Notes: generated by a model not told the origin, from the sequence alone. Positions 24,660-38,124 are shown, counted from the first letter of the stretch. The stretch is 64,000 bases of DNA from Octopus sinensis (GCF_006345805.1 NC_043001.1:27962001-28026000); one strand, 5' to 3'. A program made the numbers and translations.

Positions 24660-25015
24660 ACCCTCCAACGCGGAGTATAGGCCACGTATAGTTGAATACC
24701 ATGTCGCATAATTTTTCGCTTCTGGACTTATACTCTGCCATGAATGTCCCCCTTTCTAGTTCCTTTTGTGTTGATCTACGCCACAAGTTCTTAGGTCTAA
24801 CTTTCTTTCTATATCCATCTGGATTCCACTGTAAAGCACTTTTCGCTACATTTGGTGTGTCTTTTCTAATTGTGCTACCAATCCACTTCCACCTTTTCTT
24901 AAATATTTGCTCCCTAATCGAAAATTGATTTGTTCTTTGCCATAGCTCCATATTGCTTATGTGTTCGGGCCATCTAATTTTAAGTATACTACGCAAACAT
25001 CTGTTGATGAATGAT
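24660..25015 (-). mobile_element. RTE-clade LINE 3' coding remnant
   Basis: FINRCLRSILKIRWPEHISNMELWQRTNQFSIREQIFKKRWKWIGSTIRKDTPNVAKSALQWNPDGYRKKVRPKNLWRR is a typical RTE C-terminus (RW.WIGH.LRK...AL.WNP.G.R..GRPK.TWRR). Confidence 0.85.
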
Positions 25016-25302
25016 TGTATTTGATTTTAATGTGAGTACATTTTTATAAACATACCTCGAAGCGTCGAGTGAATTGTTTTATTTTAGAAATTAAGGAAAT
25101 CTTGAACGTTAGAGAATATCTGTGAAAACAGCTTAGAAGATCGGGTAAAAATGCCCTTATGAGACTAGGGTGGTGGAAGTGGTCAACAACTCGCTACAGA
25201 GAATCGAACTTTGCCCCGTTCAAATTCCGGTTTAGCGTTCCGTACTTTTAAGCTAAACGAACCCCAGGAACAGAAACTGTATTTTTGAACGTTAATTAAT
25301 AA

Positions 25303-25513
25303 ACCTTTCTAACAGAAGCACAAGGTTTCAAATTTGAGGGACGGGATTAAGCCGACTACATCGACCCTAGTAACTGGTATTTATTTTAAACGACTCCGAA
25401 AGGATGAAAGACAAAGTCGACCTAGGCGGAATTTTAACTCAGATTGTAAAGACTGACGAAATACTACAAAACATTTTACCCGGCATGCTGCCGATTCTGC
25501 AAGCACGCAGTCC
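25303..25513 (-). mobile_element. SINE family A monomer with tail A
   Basis: Single core unit. Imperfect TSD TTGAA(C/T)GTTAA(T/C)TAATAA at 25285-25302 and 25514-25531. Confidence 0.85.
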
Positions 25514-25781
25514 TTGAATGTTAACTAATAACATTAAATAATAGCTCACTGCCGGAATGTGAAAGGTACAGAGTTTGATTTTCTGTAGCGGCTTCCTGGC
25601 TACATTTTCCCGTCTTATAAGGGTATAATCATTAGATTTCTAAGCTATTTTCATTATATATATATATAAGGAAAAATAAGAAAATGAAGATAAAATTGAT
25701 AGTTGATAAACATCGATTATTATTTATTGATTACAAAAAGACAATATCTCATCTAACAGCTGTTTCTGTTCGCGCTATTTT

Positions 25782-25831
25782 GGGCATATAAATATCCCTT
25801 AGACGGTTTTTATAACCTCTTATTGAACTCA

Positions 25832-25898
<67 letters not shown>

Positions 25899-25901
25899 GT
25901 A

Positions 25902-25937
<36 letters not shown>

Positions 25938-25986
25938 GTGAGTTGAATAAGAAGTTATAAACCGTCTAAGGGATATTTATATGCCC
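25782..25986. repeat. ~50-bp inverted repeat enclosing (TA)n(TG)n
   Basis: GGGCATATAAATATCCCTTAGACGGTTTTTATAACCTCTTATTGAACTCACC (25782-25833) is the near reverse complement of 25937-25986. Confidence 0.9.
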
Positions 25987-26169
25987 TACCCTTTAGCTGT
26001 CGGGTAGAGCATATAAGGGATATTTATATTTTCTACTCTTAAAAGGATTTTATCCTTATATATATACTGTTCAGTATTTACGCGTTGAATAAAATCTATC
26101 TTTCTACAATACTTGTTCTACAATACATTTCAACGCTTCAAAAACAAACTTGCTTGTTTACATAGGACG

Positions 26170-26200
<31 letters not shown>

Positions 26201-26245
26201 TGTGTGTGTGTATATATACATATATATATATAATTATATTCTTTT

Positions 26246-26551
26246 ATTCTTTTACTTGTTTCAGTCATTTGACTGCAGCCATGCTGGGGCACAGCCTTGA
26301 ATTTTTAGTCGAATAAATCGACCCCAGTACTTATAATTTTTGTTAAGCTGGTTACTTATTTATCGGACTCTTTTGCTGAAGCGTTATGTTACGAGGACGG
26401 GAACACGCAGAAACCGGTTGTCGGGCTGTGAAGGGAGGACAAACTCAGACACAAAGATACACACAAATTTATATTATATATATATTATATATATAGTATT
26501 GTTGTGTTGTGGTGGTGTGTTATATATATATGTATAATCTATGTGTATATA

Positions 26552-26595
<44 letters not shown>

Positions 26596-26633
26596 TATAT
26601 ATATATATAATCTATATGTATGTATGTATATAT

Positions 26634-26678
<45 letters not shown>

Positions 26679-26822
26679 GAGGGCCTTCTTTCAGTTTCCT
26701 TCTACCAGATCCATTCACAAGGCTTTGTTTAGCCCGAGACTATAGTAGAAGACATATTGCTAAGTGGCCACGCAGTGGGATTGAACCTGGCTCCATAAGG
26801 TTGGAAAGCAAACTTCTTACCA
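26246..26822 (-). mobile_element. SINE family M with an expanded internal (TA)n region
   Basis: 3' part TTTCAGTCATTTGACTGCAGCCATGCTGG; 5' part ACAAGGCTTTG..TATAGTAGAAGAC..CCACGCAGTGGGATTGAACC. Confidence 0.8.
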
Positions 26823-27567
26823 GTATCTATATATGTATCTATATATCTAAATATGCATGTATATTGCAAAAAGATCGGTGGAGCAGCAGGGAACTGCGCC
26901 TCTCTCTGATAGCTATTTGAAATGTATAAAACTTGGTTATATCGAAGTTCCGTGTATTTGCCATAGACTCATAACAATACCGGTAGAGAAAAGGAAACGC
27001 GAAGGCGTCGGCCAATGGATTGAATCTCCAAAGGACTTAAACAGCTGCGGTTATGTATACATCAGTATTTTAAGAAACAACGTCTTTTACATGTCGCCAT
27101 TACACCTCGTAACTGCCCCTCTAGAAACTGTCGTCTGCTATCAACTTAATACTTACTGCTAATACACGCTCTTAAGGATAACTAAACGCTGTACAGAAGC
27201 ACACACATACACACATCACACGCATACAAACACGTTCGTATATGTATCTGATTTAAAACGGGAGTAAAGTATTTGTATTCTTCTTCACAAATAGATACTT
27301 TTCTTTTATTTTCGTTTTATCGATTTGAAACTGTAGTCGGTGTCTTTTGCCAAGGATTTGACAAGAAACCGCTTATTCTGTAACCGGCATTATTCTGTTT
27401 TCCTTTCTTTCCTTCTTTTTTTTTAAATTCTTTATTCTCCGCAGACAATATCCGACCACGACATCAATTTATTTCTACCGCTAACCCTTCACATCATCCA
27501 AAGCACTCATCAACTTCCTGTCTTCCTGTGAATCCTTCCTTGGCAGTCCTATCATTACAATACTCAC

Positions 27568-27625
27568 CTGCTGAGTACAGTATCGAGCCAACCGAGTGGA
27601 TGGTCTGCGATGCCGGAAGTAGCAA
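27568..27625 (-). CDS. Candidate 58-nt internal exon of an unidentified host gene
   Basis: The minus strand reads CTCTATTTCCTGTTATTTCAG|TTGCTACTTCC...ACTCAGCAG|GTGAGTA, a strong acceptor and a consensus donor. It is open in all three frames (e.g. ATSGIADHPLGWLDTVLS). No homology recognised; it could be non-coding or chance. Confidence 0.4.
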
Positions 27626-28052
27626 CTGAAATAACAGGAAATAGAGCTAATAGCTCTGCATTGGAACAACGGTGTATAAGCATGCGTGGATTCGTGTTTG
27701 TCTGTATACGCGCCTGACAAATGCACGATTGTACGTACATGAGTGCGCTTGCGTGAGCTCGTGCAGCTTCTGTGTATGTGTATGGGTGTATGGGTGTGTA
27801 TGGAAGAGTGAGACCCGTGTCAACAATGGCGTATAGGAAGTCCGGGGTAAGGGTGTTAGGAAAACTGAAGTGTGCAAGGAGGATACATTGGGAAATTAAT
27901 AAACAGTTGAACAGCGAAATAATGGCAGTGGATGAAGGAAAACACAAACCACACATATATGCAAAGATAGATTACTGAGCGGTAATAAATGTAAAGATGA
28001 ATAACATTAATACACACATTTGTATATACATGTATATATATATATATATAAG

Positions 28053-28093
<41 letters not shown>

Positions 28094-28116
28094 ATATATA
28101 TACTTATATATATGTT

Positions 28117-28148
<32 letters not shown>

Positions 28149-28169
28149 ATATATATTAATATATATAAT

Positions 28170-28206
<37 letters not shown>

Positions 28207-28419
28207 ATATATATATATATATATATCTAGATATATATATATGTATGTATGAATGTATGTTATATATATAATATATATAATATATATATATTGTATGTAT
28301 GAATGTATGTATATATGTATGTATGTATGATTTTAGACATGCACATATACTTGGCACGTACACAAATATCAATCTATATTGATATATATTTCTCTCTTTC
28401 TATAAACGAATCGATAAGT

Positions 28420-28472
<53 letters not shown>

Positions 28473-28475
28473 ATA

Positions 28476-28513
<38 letters not shown>

Positions 28514-28646
28514 CCTACCTACTTACCTACGTATGTATGTATGTATGTATCTATCTATATATCTATCTTTCTATCTATCTTTCTATTTACTTATCTATCT
28601 ATATACTCACATATATATGTACGAAAATTTATAGGTATACACGCAG

Positions 28647-28699
<53 letters not shown>

Positions 28700-28704
<5 letters not shown>

Positions 28705-28862
28705 CTCGTGAGTTAGCGGTTCGGCAAAAGGGACGTGATGAAATAAGTACTAGGCCAAGAAAGAATAAACCCTGGGGTCGATTGCTTCGACTAATACCCG
28801 TTAAGGCAGTGCTCCAGCATGGCTGCAGCCAGATCACTGAAACAGGTAAAAGAATGAAAGAA
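28700..28862 (+). mobile_element. SINE family M 3' half
   Basis: TTAGCGGTTCGGCAAAAG...AATAAGTACTAGGC...GGGGTCGATT...GCTCCAGCATGGC...ACTGAAACAGGTAAAAG. Confidence 0.8.
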
Positions 28863-28890
28863 TGTATATATATAATGTATATACATTATA

Positions 28891-29050
28891 TATCTATTAT
28901 ATAAAATCAGTTCTGTCTGTTTGTGTGTGTGTCTTCTAGGATCTCGGGCATCCTCCATCCGATTGGGCTCAAATTTGATATGTAGATACCGACGGTATCA
29001 GGGCGTGTATAAGTCTTTTTTTAAAGACTTATACACGCCCTGATACCGAG
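28891..29050 (+). mobile_element. Possible non-autonomous Helentron/DINE-1-like element 5' fragment ending in a perfect hairpin
   Basis: Starts TATCTATTATATAAAATCAGTTCTGTCTGTTTGTGTG and contains CCGATT..CTCAAATTT, a layout recalled for DINE-1/HINE-like elements. A 26-bp perfect inverted repeat spans 28993-29048. Confidence 0.4.
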
Positions 29051-29095
29051 ACAGGTACTATTTCACCTATTTTATTATTCTTAGTCAGTTCTCTT

Positions 29096-29299
29096 TTACT
29101 CTCTTACTTGTTTCAGTCTGCGGCCATGCTGGAGCACTACATTTAGTTGAGCAAATCAACCCCAAGACTTATTCTTTTTAAGCCTCGTACTTATTCTATC
29201 GGTCTCTTTTGCCGAACCGCTAGGTTACGAGGACGTAAACACACCAGCATCCTTTGTCAAGCGATGTTGGGGGACAAACACAGACACACAACCCCGCCC

Positions 29300-29343
<44 letters not shown>

Positions 29344-29487
29344 TACATATACATATACATATACATATATACGACGGGCTTCTTTTCAGTTTCCGTCCAA
29401 CAAGTCCATTCACAAGGCTTTGGTCAGCCCGAGGCTATAGTAGAAGACACTTGCCCAAGGTGTCATGCAGTGGGACTGAACCCGGAA
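29096..29487 (-). mobile_element. SINE family M, head partly truncated
   Basis: Collinear with 11619-12080, with internal (TA)n. Confidence 0.88.
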
Positions 29488-30060
29488 AAACATTTTACTA
29501 ATTTTGATTAATCTTTCGCTCAATTAATCAATCAGCTATATTTGTCAATGCCCTTTCGTCGGCATTGCAACCTCATCAATGATATGTCCTCTCTTCTCCA
29601 ACTCTTTTCACCTCTGTCTTTTTGTTTCATTTCAAGAATCTTGCTAATCAAATCCAAAACGTGATTACTGGTCATCTCACTTCTGTCTGTCACTAGGTAC
29701 TAATCACGGACATTCAGAGATTAGCACTCGTCTTATACAAGCGTTTATTACTATAATCCAACGGCATACAAATACCCCTTTACGGTGAACTAATTTGTCA
29801 TTCCATCTACTGAAAGTCCAATGGTAATGAAAGAGCAGCGACGTATGCAGACCTAACTATTTGGAAGAACGCAATAAGTTACAAGTTTTTTTTTTGTCAC
29901 CTATGCTTCAAACCAAGCAGATCCGCATCGGGACTGAATAGCCATCTGAAAGGTCATGGATGGAAAGTCAGAAATGTCATAGACAACGAGGAAACATAAG
30001 GAGTGGCAGTCAGTTGTGAAGATGGAGCTATCACCAAGTATGAATGTGCGTGCTGTGTTT

Positions 30061-30094
<34 letters not shown>

Positions 30095-30675
30095 AAATGT
30101 ATGAATATATTCATTAAAGACACAAAATTCGAAGATATAAAGGAAGACTGAGTGTTTAATAGATGGGAATGTATATTGAAAAGATTGGCTCTTGAGAAGA
30201 AAGAAGCGATAGCAAAACTCAGTTTACCATTTAATATTTAGAAATAATATTTGTTATTAATAAATGAAGATATTAATATTTTGAAGAACAAAAAACATTG
30301 TGAAATTCATGAATGAGAATTAGAGAGAGGGAGAGAGGAGAAAGAGAAAGAAAGGGGAGAGCGAGCGAGAGAGAGACAGCGAGTCAGTGAGGGAATATGA
30401 GAGAGAATGATAGTGAAAAGAAAAGAATGGGTGAGAGATATACAAAGATATGTGAGAGGTGAGAAAGAAAATAATAATGAGAAAGAAAAAGAGCACAACA
30501 AAAATTGAAGAGAGAGAGAGAGCAAGCGGGATATGAAGAGAAAATGAAATATAACCAGATCTGACCTGAAAAGTCGAGTGCAAATTGTATGAGCGGAAAC
30601 AAAAAAGATGTGGTGCAAGTGTGTGCATATGTATATGAGAGGGATGGATATATATATATATATATATATACATAT

Positions 30676-30716
<41 letters not shown>

Positions 30717-30908
30717 GAGAGGAGGAGAGAAATAAATATTCGAAAAATATAGACAATGTTCACAAAGCAAGTGGGGATTAAAGTGAGGTGCAGCTAAAGA
30801 GATACAGTAAAAAAGAGACACTGAGAGAAAAAGGAGAAAAATCTCTCTCTCTCTATCTATCTGTCTCACTATCTGTCTATCTTTCTGTCTAGTCTATCTG
30901 CCTGTCTG

Positions 30909-30949
<41 letters not shown>

Positions 30950-30953
30950 ATAT

Positions 30954-30996
<43 letters not shown>

Positions 30997-31313
30997 TATA
31001 TATTATATATATATCTTTTACTCTAGATATTCTTTGAGGACTCCATGTTTATTCAAATAGTTAGTCTTTACACAGATCCACACACATGCAGAGAAATATA
31101 ATACACACAAACACATACATTTTCCGTATTTACAGGCAAAAATGGATGAAGATGAGAAATAGAAAGGGCAGCTCAACGGCGAGGAAGAAAGATGGAAAAA
31201 AAAGGGGCGAAAAAAATAAAGAAACACTGTGCAAGAGTACAAAAAGTGAGAAAATAGAAAACATAGTGAGGCTTGATGGATTAATAGGTAAATAAAGAGA
31301 TAGACACAGAGAA

Positions 31314-31357
<44 letters not shown>

Positions 31358-31999
31358 GTATGTATGTATATGTGTGTGTGCGTATAGAGAGAGAGAAAGA
31401 GAGTACTAGAAAGAGAGTCTACAAGTGTACATCCATACACATACATAAATGCATAAACACATAGATAAATACACAAGCAAACAGAATCAGAGAAACAAAA
31501 GGAAAACGAAGAAAGAGAGGCCAGTAATGAGAGAAAGAGCAGGAGCGAGAGGAAAATGGCAAGTGGGAAGGATATTTTTAATATCGAGAAGAAATTAGTT
31601 ACAGATGATTACATTGCGGCGGCCATATTGTTAGATATGTGTCTGGTGTATTAATTAAAGATGGTGGAAGTAAAGCTATGGCTGTTGTTGCAATAGCGGC
31701 GATAATAATGATCGTAGTAGTTGTCGTAATAGTGAAGGTGGTGGCGGTGATGGGGGTTCTGATGTTGGTGGCGGTGGCGATGGTGGTGGTAGTGGAAGCG
31801 GAACATTATACTAATATAATGAATAAAAATCAATGTATGGACCTAGATATACATTCATTCAAATAACCAATTTTTCTATTTATTATAAACACTCCTCTCT
31901 TCCTCCTCCTCTTTTCCTCCTCTCTATTTCTCTTTCTCTTTATTCCTATGTCTCTCTGTATATTCTCTTATTAAAAATTCTTTCCGTCGTTTCTTGCTC

Positions 32000-32508
32000 T
32001 CTATAGATATCTCTCTATACGCATGGCACACATATGCATATACAGACATAAGCATACATACACACATACATACATACATACATACATACATACATACATA
32101 CATACATGCATACAAACATACACGAATATACATACATACACACACATACAAACATAATTACATAGATACATAATACGTACATACACACACACGCACATAC
32201 ATAATACATATATACATACATATATACATACATACATACACACACGCACACATACGTACATATATATATATATATGTGTGGTGTGTGTGTATATATATGT
32301 ACGTATGTATGTGTGCTTGTATACATACATAGTCACACACAAATATACGTATATACATACGTATATATGTGTATAAATGCATGTGTGTGTGTATGGATAT
32401 ATATGCATATATTTATGTACTCATGTATATATATGTATTCATATGTAGGTGTGTATGTACGTATGTATTGTTATATACATGTACAATTATTATGCTGTTG
32501 TGTGCAAT

Positions 32509-32551
<43 letters not shown>

Positions 32552-32720
32552 TATTATAGATACACCACAGTATAAAAATTATACTTGTATATAACAATAC
32601 ATACATACGTACATAGACACCTACATGTATATATCCATACACACATATGCATTTATACACATATATACAACTCTGTGTATTCCTATGCATATGCATGTGT
32701 GTGAGAGAGAGATAAAAAGA
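32000..32720. repeat. Compound (TACA)/(TA)/(TG) microsatellite field containing a fold-back (32361-32478 vs 32587-32668)
   Basis: Read directly from the sequence. The arms are reverse complements apart from a ~35-nt indel. Confidence 0.85.
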
Positions 32721-33469
32721 GAGAGGCAAAAATTTTGAGAGAGAGAGAGAGAGGGAGAATGAAAGAGGGAGAAAAGGAGAAAGTGCGCTTGCTTGCAATA
32801 TTTTCCAAAATTCACGCTGTTATCTGCCGTATCTTTATTTATATATAAAACCACATCTATAACATGTAACAAAAGCTGACAGAGATACAAGAATTGGAAC
32901 CCCCCCCACAAAAAAAAAAAACGTGATTCCGATCTAAGAGAATCTTATTCATTGCTGTTTGTCGAAAGATGAATAGCTCATTAATATTTGCTTATGTTTT
33001 TATGTTTCATCATCATCTTCATCATCAGCATCATCATCATCAGAATCATCATCATCATCATCATGTTAGAAAGAGAGAAACATTACGTTGGCAAGAAACG
33101 ATATTAAGAAACACGGACGAAAATGGTATTTAGATAAGCTTCAACGTTATAACGTAAGAGCTTTCGGACTTATCTTTATTGAATGCTTTTTTTAAAGAAA
33201 ACTTAACAATTAATTTGCATATAAAATGTGTTTTAAAAAATGAAGATGTTTCTTGTAAATCTCTATTGAAACAACGTAGGAGTCCGTTCATTGTTTGATG
33301 TGTTTTAAGTTATGGTATCTTTGTTGATATCTTAATAGACTTTGGGTAAAACTGACTTGAAAAATGTGGACAGGATTCACTTCAAATGAAAATCGTAGTT
33401 AATATTATTGCTATAAGCGCTGTGATCGATCGTGTATCGATTCCGTTGGATGCAGAAGTCACAACGGTT

Positions 33470-33625
33470 CTCATTCAAGGGTTAAGTGTAGTTGCGTGGT
33501 TAAGAAGTTAGACTTGCAGCCAGATGGTTCTGAGTTCGATCTGACTGTACGGCTACTCGGGCAATTGTCTTGAATTAAATTCTCTGATAACCAATAGGTT
33601 GTGAAGTTGATTGGGACTGTGCGAA
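33470..33625 (+). mobile_element. Degenerate family M-related SINE head
   Basis: GCGTGGTTAAGAAGTTAGACTTGCAGCCAGATGGTTCTGAGTTCGATCTGACTG..CGGGCAATTGTCTT. Confidence 0.5.
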
Positions 33626-35394
33626 TTTTTTGTTGAATGCTGCTGGCAGCATGGGATTCTATACAACCTGTTGCATGGTAAAGCCATCAACGACTAAATC
33701 AGCAAAAACACAAGGTCTTGCTTGGTAAGTAGGGTGGTTTTTCGACACCCTCCTTGTTTTAAAAAGACAAGAGCCGTCAAAGGGCGGATGAACAAAGAGC
33801 AGAGTTAACAGCTGCAGTTTTTCTCGGACCATACATTTTTAGTTCTACAACGTTATGGTCGAGAAAATCGTTGGTATCATCGGAAAATTATGGGTGAGCA
33901 CTGCATTAATAGTGAAAAACATGTCTAGGACCTCTTGTTGGGTAGACCGCTATTTCCTCCAGGAATAGCATGTTTGTAAGGCTAAGAAGAGTCTCTGCCT
34001 ACCTCTACTCATGCAGTGACATACCCCAGAGGAAATGGCCCACACTCCACTCACCATTAAGGAGGCTGAAATCTCTCAGAGGAAGTATGGGAAGACTGTC
34101 TCCTAAGGTGGTTAATATCTCTTGTATCTTGAGGGTCTCTTCGAACCAGTCTCCATGATTTTATACACATGGTAGGGGACGATATGTAGTACATATTGTC
34201 ATTTTGATTTGCTGAACATGTACTATCAGTGTGTCACAGACTGAGTTTGAGTAGTGTGTATTTTCCAACTCATTTCATTATAACAAGTTTGGTACTACAA
34301 CATACCGAGTTCAATTCTTATCAAAGTCAACTTGACATTTGATCATTTCAAAATATAGGAGATATACATAAGTAATATCTGTTTTGTTTTACACCCATTT
34401 TTCTATGTTAGCATGGATTAGGTGAGTACATATTATTGGAACATTTTTTTTACACTTGGATACTCATTCTGCCACTAACCCCCAGTCTTTGTAAGTAAGA
34501 TTGTTTTCATCCAACTTGTAAGCACGGGACAGCAAAAATTACAGATGTGACTGTTTCCGGGGTGTACAAAACAACTCGAACATGAGTTCTTTGTCTCCTA
34601 TCATTTCTATCATAAATACAACCTATCTTTATATGTGTATTTCAGCATCTGCTGTGCCAGATGGTATTTTTGTTAGTGCCATACATATGGTTCGATTACA
34701 TGTAACTAGATATTTCAGGTATGAAGATCTGTACTTCTGGCATTCAGCTATGGAACTGGGGTAACCGAAACGGCCACTGGTCTGAAATTTGTAGGGGATA
34801 TTTTGCCGTTTGCAGTGGTCTTGGATATTTTGCCGTTTGCAGTGGTCTTGTGTGCTGGTATGCGTTTCTATGATGTTCTTTTTCTTGTAGCTAGGTCAGC
34901 TCTCTTAGAACCTTTTGAGTCATATCCAAATAAGATTGCTGTTCGAATGTTGCTGTCCGTGCTGCGTCTATGTATTGCTTTTTACTTCCTAGGAAGCAGT
35001 ACATGCTTCAACCACATATTTCAGAAGTGGGGACACTATGTGTTGTGACCAGGCCAGTTGTCCAAACAAAATATCTGACATAATTTCTAATTTCATAGCA
35101 GAGTTATATTTACAATATTTATAACTCAGTTATAAGATATTGCATTTATATACTTTTAAACTGAATCTTACGTACAGATATAGATACATACATATGTTTA
35201 TATATATATATTTCGTTTTTGGATTTGGTTTGCAAAAGTCTTTATGTGAGTTCGTGTGTTGAAGCATATTCTGTTATGTCTGAGGAGAGTCATTTTCTTT
35301 TTGTACACCCACCGGTAAAATTTCCACTTATTTCCTATTTTTATTTTGCTAAACTTTTCGTTGCGTCTTGCAACCTTTTCAATAATCATGGCTC

Positions 35395-35464
<70 letters not shown>

Positions 35465-35710
35465 CAATTATGCGGATAAACATATTAGATGCATCAAATA
35501 TATCAAATTTATGAGTTTGGGTATCAAATATTTGATGAATCAAATTTGTTTATCCCCACAATTGCCTATATGTCCGCTCAACCTGATCCCTCTTATAACC
35601 TCTCTACTTGTGGAATGATCCCATGTAAAGATATCGGTATATATGTTTGAATCTTTTGAACACTACTAAGTGGAGAATATATGGAGAATATCTGAATCTC
35701 ATTTGTGAAC

Positions 35711-35769
<59 letters not shown>

Positions 35770-35819
35770 ATACATAAGTGTGTGTGTATGGAAATCTAGA
35801 TGTGCACGTATAATTATAA

Positions 35820-36000
35820 GTAGTCCTCTCTATCATAGACACAGCACCTGAAATTTTGAAGGACAGGACCAGTTGATTGCATCGATCCCAAAAGGCTAAG
35901 TCGAACACCGCGGATTTTGAACTCAGGACGTGAAGGTGGACGAAATGGCGATAAGCATTTGCTGAGGCTTGCTAACGATTCTGCCAACTCGCTGCTTTAA
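35820..36000 (-). mobile_element. SINE family A monomer with internal deletion
   Basis: CACAGCACCTGAAATTTTGAAGG...GGATTTTGAACTCAGGACGT...GCTAACGATTCTGCCAACTCGCTGCTT. Confidence 0.75.
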
Positions 36001-36350
36001 ACATAAAGCTACGACCAGTAGCATGCAAAACTGGGTTGAAAACATCCTCTTGGATAGAAAAAGTTGAAAGGTATTCGTCAACAATCAATCAATCAATAAA
36101 TCAATTGATTAATACACACACACACACACTCATGCAAATAAAAAAAGGGAAAAAACGATAAAGGTCAATTAGACGTGCACAGTGACTATATTAGATCGAT
36201 ACTCTGTGAAAGTATTTGATAGAAAAATAGGAGTGGAAAAGACGTTTCGATGAAGGTTCTTCGTCAGAAAGAAGGAAACGTCTAGAGAGGAGAGGAAAGA
36301 GCAGGTATGCCGAGAAAGGCACGTGTGTTGTTATATGACCAATAAAATGC

Positions 36351-36391
<41 letters not shown>

Positions 36392-36679
36392 ATGTGTGTG
36401 TGTGTACACACACACACACATATAGAATACATACGATACAGGAAAGAAACAGAAGAGGTAGTATGAATGTGGCGGAGACGGGATAAAATAAGAAATATTA
36501 TGATTTGGATTTAAACACAAAGATTGACTAGGTTACCTAGTCATATATACACACATCTATCCAACAATTTGTTTATTCATTCGTTCATAGTTTGCATGTA
36601 ATCGCACATCGCAACATGCATATGCGTACATACACACACACATACACACACACACACACACACACATGTATATATATAC

Positions 36680-36756
<77 letters not shown>

Positions 36757-37379
36757 CGTACATATAAACGCACATTAACGTTTGCACATAAATTTCTAAC
36801 CGTTGATTGTGAGCAATGCTCGTCTTTCAAGTCACAAACATATATTTCATTTAACAAAAAATTTCGATACGGTATGTCTTTTAAGTTTGTTCAAATCAAT
36901 CCGATTTGACATTAAAAAATATACAAACAAAAACATAGAAGCAACAAAAAACAAACAAAAAAAAAACGAAAAACGCAAACAAAGAATCGATCGAAATCGA
37001 ATGTCAGAAATGAAGTCAAATGGGCTTCGCAAGGCTCCATAAAGTTTGGCATAGCTTCGTTGTAAATGTACCAAACAGTTCATGGCTCAACGGAATTTTC
37101 TCCCTCTGCACAAAATTGGTTTCGATTGGGTATCGCGAATCAATCTAATTAGATGAATATTCTAAGTTTTCTGTTTTCCTTGTAGGTGTGTGTGCGGTGG
37201 GGCGTTTGGGCAATATATGTGTGTGTGCGTGGGGGAGGGGGTATTAGAGAACAGCGGAGTGGGGTTATGATATTTGGAGTAGGGGTGGAATGAATTATGA
37301 TGCAAGATACAAACAACAAATAATTTCTTTATATTTGTTTATAAATCATGTGATTGTATATTTTTTCCCCTCCATAAAA

Positions 37380-37584
37380 TTCATGTATGTGAATGTGTGT
37401 GTGTATATATATATGTATGTGTATGTCTATATATACATATGTACTCATCTACATAGTCAATAATACACACACACACATATATATATATAAATATATATAT
37501 ATAGAAAACCCATGTGTGCATGTATATGTATATATATATGCACATATATATGTATATATATATGCACACACACATATATATGTG

Positions 37585-37629
<45 letters not shown>

Positions 37630-37720
37630 TATATATGTATATATATATGCACATATATATGTATATATATATATATATGCACACACACATATATATGTGT
37701 GTATATATATATATGCTACA
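37380..37720. repeat. (TA)n/(CATATA)-type compound microsatellite
   Basis: Read directly from the sequence. Confidence 0.95.
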
Positions 37721-37860
37721 AGTTATAGTTGGCGGCAGTCAGGCTTGCCAAAAACGTGTAGTAATGATAATTATATGTTGTACCAAAAGAGCAATTCTAA
37801 GTCCAAATTTTTCTCGCTCAGTCCCTCACTCATTGCCTCCACTCTCTCACTCTTTTACTT

Positions 37861-37899
<39 letters not shown>

Positions 37900-38124
37900 A
37901 TCTTTTTCTCTGATTCTGTTTCAGTTATATGTGTGCATCTTAAAGTATACAGAGATACATATGTGTGCTGGGTATTTACGTAAATTTATGTGTTATGTTG
38001 TTGTTTGTTCCTTCTCGAGCCATGCCCAGCTCATAAGGACCGCTTTTCGGTTTCCTTGGCGTATAGGTTCGTCGCAGGTGAACTGCAAGATGCAGGAGGA
38101 AAGAGTGAGAGAAAGTGGTGGCGA

